A stretch of DNA of 64,000 nt, from assembly GCA_029838195.1 (NCBI GenBank), contig JALGVJ010000001.1, positions 1 to 64,000 of the forward strand. The letters are read 5' to 3'. The first letter of the stretch is position 1, and every line of letters starts with the position of its first letter. The notes below the pieces were generated by a model, which was not told where the DNA came from, did not search any database, and worked only from the letters and a program-made list of their open reading frames with translations. Of this stretch, positions 60,201 to 64,000 are shown piece after piece. A program made the position numbers and the translations under genes. The stretch is from Promethearchaeota archaeon. Its GTDB lineage: Archaea; Asgardarchaeota; Lokiarchaeia; Sigyniarchaeales; SOKP01.

Positions 60201-60947
60201 ATTAAACTGGAAAATAAAGTTGCCATAATTACCGGCGCTGGCGCCGGAATAGGAAAAGCAACAGCGTTTTTATTTGCTCGAGAGGGTGCTAAGACGTGTT
60301 GTAATTCTTTATCCGCTTCAGCACGAGAAGTGGTTGAAGAAATCAAAAAAGAAGGTAAAGAAGCTATTTTCGTTCAAGGAGACGTGTCAAAAGAAAAAGA
60401 TGCTAAAAAAATCATTAATGAAACGGTTAAAGCCTTTGGAAAAATAGATATCCTCTTTAATAATGCCGGGATCGTAATTCCAGGAAAAATTGATACCATG
60501 TCTACAGAAGATTGGGATAGAACTATGGAAGTTAACGTGCGGAGCGTTTATTTAATGTCTAAACATGCCTTGCCTTATTTAAAAAAAACGAAAGGCACCA
60601 TAATAAATAATTCCTCTTCGGTTGCTCTGAAAGGAGTTAAAGATAGAGCAGCTTATACGGCCTCAAAAGGTGCTGTTTTGTCCTTGACCAGAGCCATGGC
60701 TGCTGATTACATTGAAGAGGGAATTCGCGTGAATGCGATTTGTCCCGGAACAACCGATACCCCCTCCCTTACAAGGCGATTAGCTCAATTTGAAGACCCC
60801 GAAAAAGCAAGAAAAGAGTTTATTGCCCGGCAGAAAATGGGACGATTAGGAACTCCCGAAGAAATTGCGGAAGGCGTGTTATTTCTCGCTTGTAACACTT
60901 TCACGACGGGAACAAGTCTATCCATCGATGGTGGAATGACCATGTAA
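60201..60947 (+). CDS. short-chain dehydrogenase/reductase, probable ATT start
   Basis: The frame extends upstream of the track start through KLENKVAIITGAGAGIG; NNAG and YTASK motifs; AGGTGA lies 7 nt before ATT 60201. Confidence 0.88.
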   Translation: MKLENKVAIITGAGAGIGKATAFLFAREGAKTCCNSLSASAREVVEEIKKEGKEAIFVQGDVSKEKDAKKIINETVKAFGKIDILFNNAGIVIPGKIDTMSTEDWDRTMEVNVRSVYLMSKHALPYLKKTKGTIINNSSSVALKGVKDRAAYTASKGAVLSLTRAMAADYIEEGIRVNAICPGTTDTPSLTRRLAQFEDPEKARKEFIARQKMGRLGTPEEIAEGVLFLACNTFTTGTSLSIDGGMTM

Positions 60948-61008
60948 TAAGAAATAAAAAATGAAAAGTAAAAAAAGTTAAAAAAAAAGATATTTTCCTT
61001 TCTTTTAT

Positions 61009-62805
61009 TTATTTGCCCTTTTGTTTTGCTATTAATGATAACCCTTCAAAAAATGAATGGAAGCTTTTTGGAGTGAGTTTTTTGTATAATTCTAAGACTA
61101 TATCTTCATTAAGTTCCCTGAGATTTCTTTTTTCAATTTCTTTTTCCATCCCTTTAATTAAAGAATTCTGTAAAGGTTCTGGAATGAGTTTAAAGAAAAA
61201 ATAGTACAGGCTCATCCCTTTATTTTTCCACGTGATTTCAGTATTCCCTATTTGATCTTTAATATCTGCACGTGTTTCATTTAATCTTAAATGTTCCTCC
61301 TTTACGTTTCCGTCAATGGGAATTCCTAATCGTTCGTATTGCTCTAGAGGCGCATCACTTTCCCTCATTAATTTCACCATGAGCTGAATCATTCGTTTCT
61401 CTACTTCAGGATCTACAATTGGATGCTCTTGAAAAGGATCTTCTTGAAGATCAAAAAGAAGAGTACCATATACCCAAGAAACACCTGACAAAAAGCTGCG
61501 CGTCTTTATTTTCATGGTTCTACACCCTTTAGTAAATGAAAATGGATCAGCGGGTTCCCAATCTCTCATCTCATTAACAGAAAATTGTGTATTCATGTGT
61601 GTTGGCATTAACGTATAATCAAATAAAGGTTCATTTTTAGGATTACCAGCAGCTCTCATGTAAACGTATTTTCCATCCGTTACATTAACATGCTCTCCAT
61701 GAAACCCAAAAAGAGCAGCCTCTCTAATCTCTTTATCAGATTCAATGGTATCTTTTAAAGAAAATCCTTGCATATCTTTTGTTTTCTTAATACCAAAAAA
61801 ATCAAGTATCGTAGGTGCTAAATCTATCGTTTGACAAAGCGCTTTCCTCCTCTCATTTTTCTTTCTCACTCGTGGATCCCATATAAACAAGGGTATGTGA
61901 GCAATTTCATCGTAGTTCGGAGGAACCATCTTACCCCACCAGCCTTTTTCACTCAATAAAAATCCGTGATCCGTGGTCACGATGAGCATTGTATCGTTCC
62001 ACATGTCTTTTTCATCCATGATATCCAAAACTTTCCCCAAACAATAATCACACATGCTCACGCTCGCCGCATATTGCTTAATACAATGTTCGACTTGTTC
62101 GGGAGATTCCACTACTACTGAATAATTCGGCCAGTCAAAATGAGGGCCTTTATAATCCTTTTCATATAACTCTCTAAATTTTTTGGGCGCATAAAAAGGT
62201 TCGTGAGGATCAAAAGTTTCTATCTGAAGAAGCCAATTATCTTCTTGATAGTTTGTTTCAATGAATTCCAATCCTCTCTTAAAAGTCACTGCTTGGGGCA
62301 TTTGTTCCTCCTCTTGCATGTATTTCCTATTAATCCAATCCTGCCGCCAATGATCATGAATACTTCCAGTATAAAGATATTCTCGCATGTTTGGCACGTG
62401 GTCCGGAATCTTGGGGTCTTTAACGTGTCCTTTCCAAGGATCGCCTTCATGACCTCTAATGATCTCCCACGTATTATATTTTGTATGGTACGTGCAGCCA
62501 CCATCTTCCCAATAATGATAATGATCGCTTACTAAATGTGTGTAAATCCCATTTTCACCTAGAATTTTCGGCATTGAATCATCAAACGGTTCAATTGGCC
62601 CCCAACTCCTGTGTAAAAAATTGTATCTCCCCGTGTGAAGTTCTCGCCTTGCAGGCATGCACGGCAAGCTTCCCGCATAATAATTATCGAAAATGACGGT
62701 TTTTTCCGCAAGACGCTTGAAATTCGGAGCGTGTACCCAATCATTTCCGTAGGGAGGCAAAAAATTCCTTCGAAGCGTGTCATAAAAAACAATTATTACT
62801 TTCAT
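61009..62805 (-). CDS. sulfatase (Cys-type)
   Basis: DTLR, CMPARR (CxPxR), DPHEP and TDHG. Confidence 0.92.
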   Translation of the reverse strand: MKVIIVFYDTLRRNFLPPYGNDWVHAPNFKRLAEKTVIFDNYYAGSLPCMPARRELHTGRYNFLHRSWGPIEPFDDSMPKILGENGIYTHLVSDHYHYWEDGGCTYHTKYNTWEIIRGHEGDPWKGHVKDPKIPDHVPNMREYLYTGSIHDHWRQDWINRKYMQEEEQMPQAVTFKRGLEFIETNYQEDNWLLQIETFDPHEPFYAPKKFRELYEKDYKGPHFDWPNYSVVVESPEQVEHCIKQYAASVSMCDYCLGKVLDIMDEKDMWNDTMLIVTTDHGFLLSEKGWWGKMVPPNYDEIAHIPLFIWDPRVRKKNERRKALCQTIDLAPTILDFFGIKKTKDMQGFSLKDTIESDKEIREAALFGFHGEHVNVTDGKYVYMRAAGNPKNEPLFDYTLMPTHMNTQFSVNEMRDWEPADPFSFTKGCRTMKIKTRSFLSGVSWVYGTLLFDLQEDPFQEHPIVDPEVEKRMIQLMVKLMRESDAPLEQYERLGIPIDGNVKEEHLRLNETRADIKDQIGNTEITWKNKGMSLYYFFFKLIPEPLQNSLIKGMEKEIEKRNLRELNEDIVLELYKKLTPKSFHSFFEGLSLIAKQKGK

Positions 62806-62955
62806 AATTACTTTATTCCTCTTTTAGAGTTATTTTAGCCAATATTATTATATTATAAATAAAATGAATTTATTCCAATTAGATATTTAAATAAAAAAAA
62901 ATTAAATTTTGAATTGGAATTTAAAATTATTGAAATTTTTTCCGCGCATGATGAA

Positions 62956-64000
62956 TTATCTTTTAACTTCTGTAAGATCTGTAGCTTTGGTTTCCGGCAA
63001 TTTTATTAAAGTAATGATGATTGCAATTATACTACCAGGAATAACTGCTATGAGAAACAGCGTAGCAAAATCAATCCATAGCAAGAAAACAGCGAACAAA
63101 ACCGTCACTATTAAAAATAGAACAATGCCAATTGCGGTAGTAATTATTTGAACGCTAGCACGTGCCTCAGTTGGCGTTAATTCAAATATCATGGTAGTCG
63201 TTGTAGTTCCCGTGGTCCATAATGAATAAATGAAAATAGCGTAAGTAATACCAACAAGAATGATATAGGCTGTACCCAATGATACAAAATAAATAGAAAG
63301 AATCAAACATAAAGGAAGCGTCGTCAATTGAGTTATCAAGGCTCGTTTTCTCCCAAATTTATCCGAAATAAATCCAATGAGAAGTCCCCAGAAAATGCTT
63401 AGTACATACCGAATCAAATAAATTATATTCACTTGACTTAAATCATAGGTTTGGCTTAAAAAGGGTTGCCAATAGGATCTAAACGTCATTCCTGCCATTT
63501 GCCCAAGAAAACCGACAAAAAACACGAGTAAAATCATCTTAAAGTTTTTAAGCTTGAAAATGATTTTAAAGATATTCTCGGATTTTTCCTTGGTAGCTTG
63601 ATCTTTGAGTTGAGCTGCTTTATTAGCTTTCATGGTCAAATATACACTGGATTCCTTGAGTGTAAATATTATTAAAACGGTAACAATGATGCCAGCAATT
63701 AAGGGTAAATAAAACAATATTCGCCAATTAGGGAGAAAGAGTTCCCGGAATACTAAGACTAAAATCGCACCAATTAAACCTACAATCATTACGATCATGT
63801 TAAAGATTTGTCGTTTCTCTTTTGGGGCTTCTTCGCTTATTAATAACAATTGGATATCCGCTGCTAAAAAAAGATTTCCAATCCAAGTGCCTAACATGTA
63901 GGATAAAATATCGGTGGCAAAAATTACAAGGATGGCACCGATTGACATGCCAAGTACATTAACGATTAATGCTTTTTTCCTGCCAAATTTATCCGCGATG
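62956..64000 (-). CDS. MFS transporter (5' end outside window)
   Basis: Frame open to the window end (IADKFGRKK); second SDKFGRK motif. Confidence 0.88.
   Translation of the reverse strand, partial: IADKFGRKKALIVNVLGMSIGAILVIFATDILSYMLGTWIGNLFLAADIQLLLISEEAPKEKRQIFNMIVMIVGLIGAILVLVFRELFLPNWRILFYLPLIAGIIVTVLIIFTLKESSVYLTMKANKAAQLKDQATKEKSENIFKIIFKLKNFKMILLVFFVGFLGQMAGMTFRSYWQPFLSQTYDLSQVNIIYLIRYVLSIFWGLLIGFISDKFGRKRALITQLTTLPLCLILSIYFVSLGTAYIILVGITYAIFIYSLWTTGTTTTTMIFELTPTEARASVQIITTAIGIVLFLIVTVLFAVFLLWIDFATLFLIAVIPGSIIAIIITLIKLPETKATDLTEVKR

Overview
AT-rich archaeal chromosomal segment, most likely from a Lokiarchaeia-type Asgard archaeon. This is inferred from a Rag-like GTPase, longin/uDENN proteins, a gelsolin-like protein, a Bud23-like methyltransferase, eS25, an intron-containing tRNA, AMP phosphorylase and GGAGGTGA/GGTGA ribosome-binding sites. 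The strongest signal is hidden from the ORF track: a selenoprotein operon, hdrA (5189-7150, three in-frame TGA at Cys-equivalent positions) plus mvhD/vhuD (7164-7655, two in-frame TGA). It is followed by one eukaryote-type SECIS hairpin (about 7640-7710) whose AUGA core contains the mvhD stop codon itself. Other notable structure: (1) two ~385-bp IS607-derived non-autonomous elements sharing a pseudoknotted, omegaRNA-like end; (2) a 1355-aa surface protein translationally coupled to a uDENN/longin-like protein, with a sharp GC step inside the gene; (3) four HEAT-LRR paralogues; (4) a ThiI homologue lacking its PP-loop, next to a ubiquitin-like sulfur carrier; (5) a small island bounded by ~260-bp direct repeats; (6) a sugar-catabolism cluster with KdgK, a beta-keto acid cleavage enzyme and an SDR that probably starts at ATT. 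The rest is housekeeping (pyrF, lig, hisGDC, acdA). All family calls come from motif recognition by eye; no database search was run.
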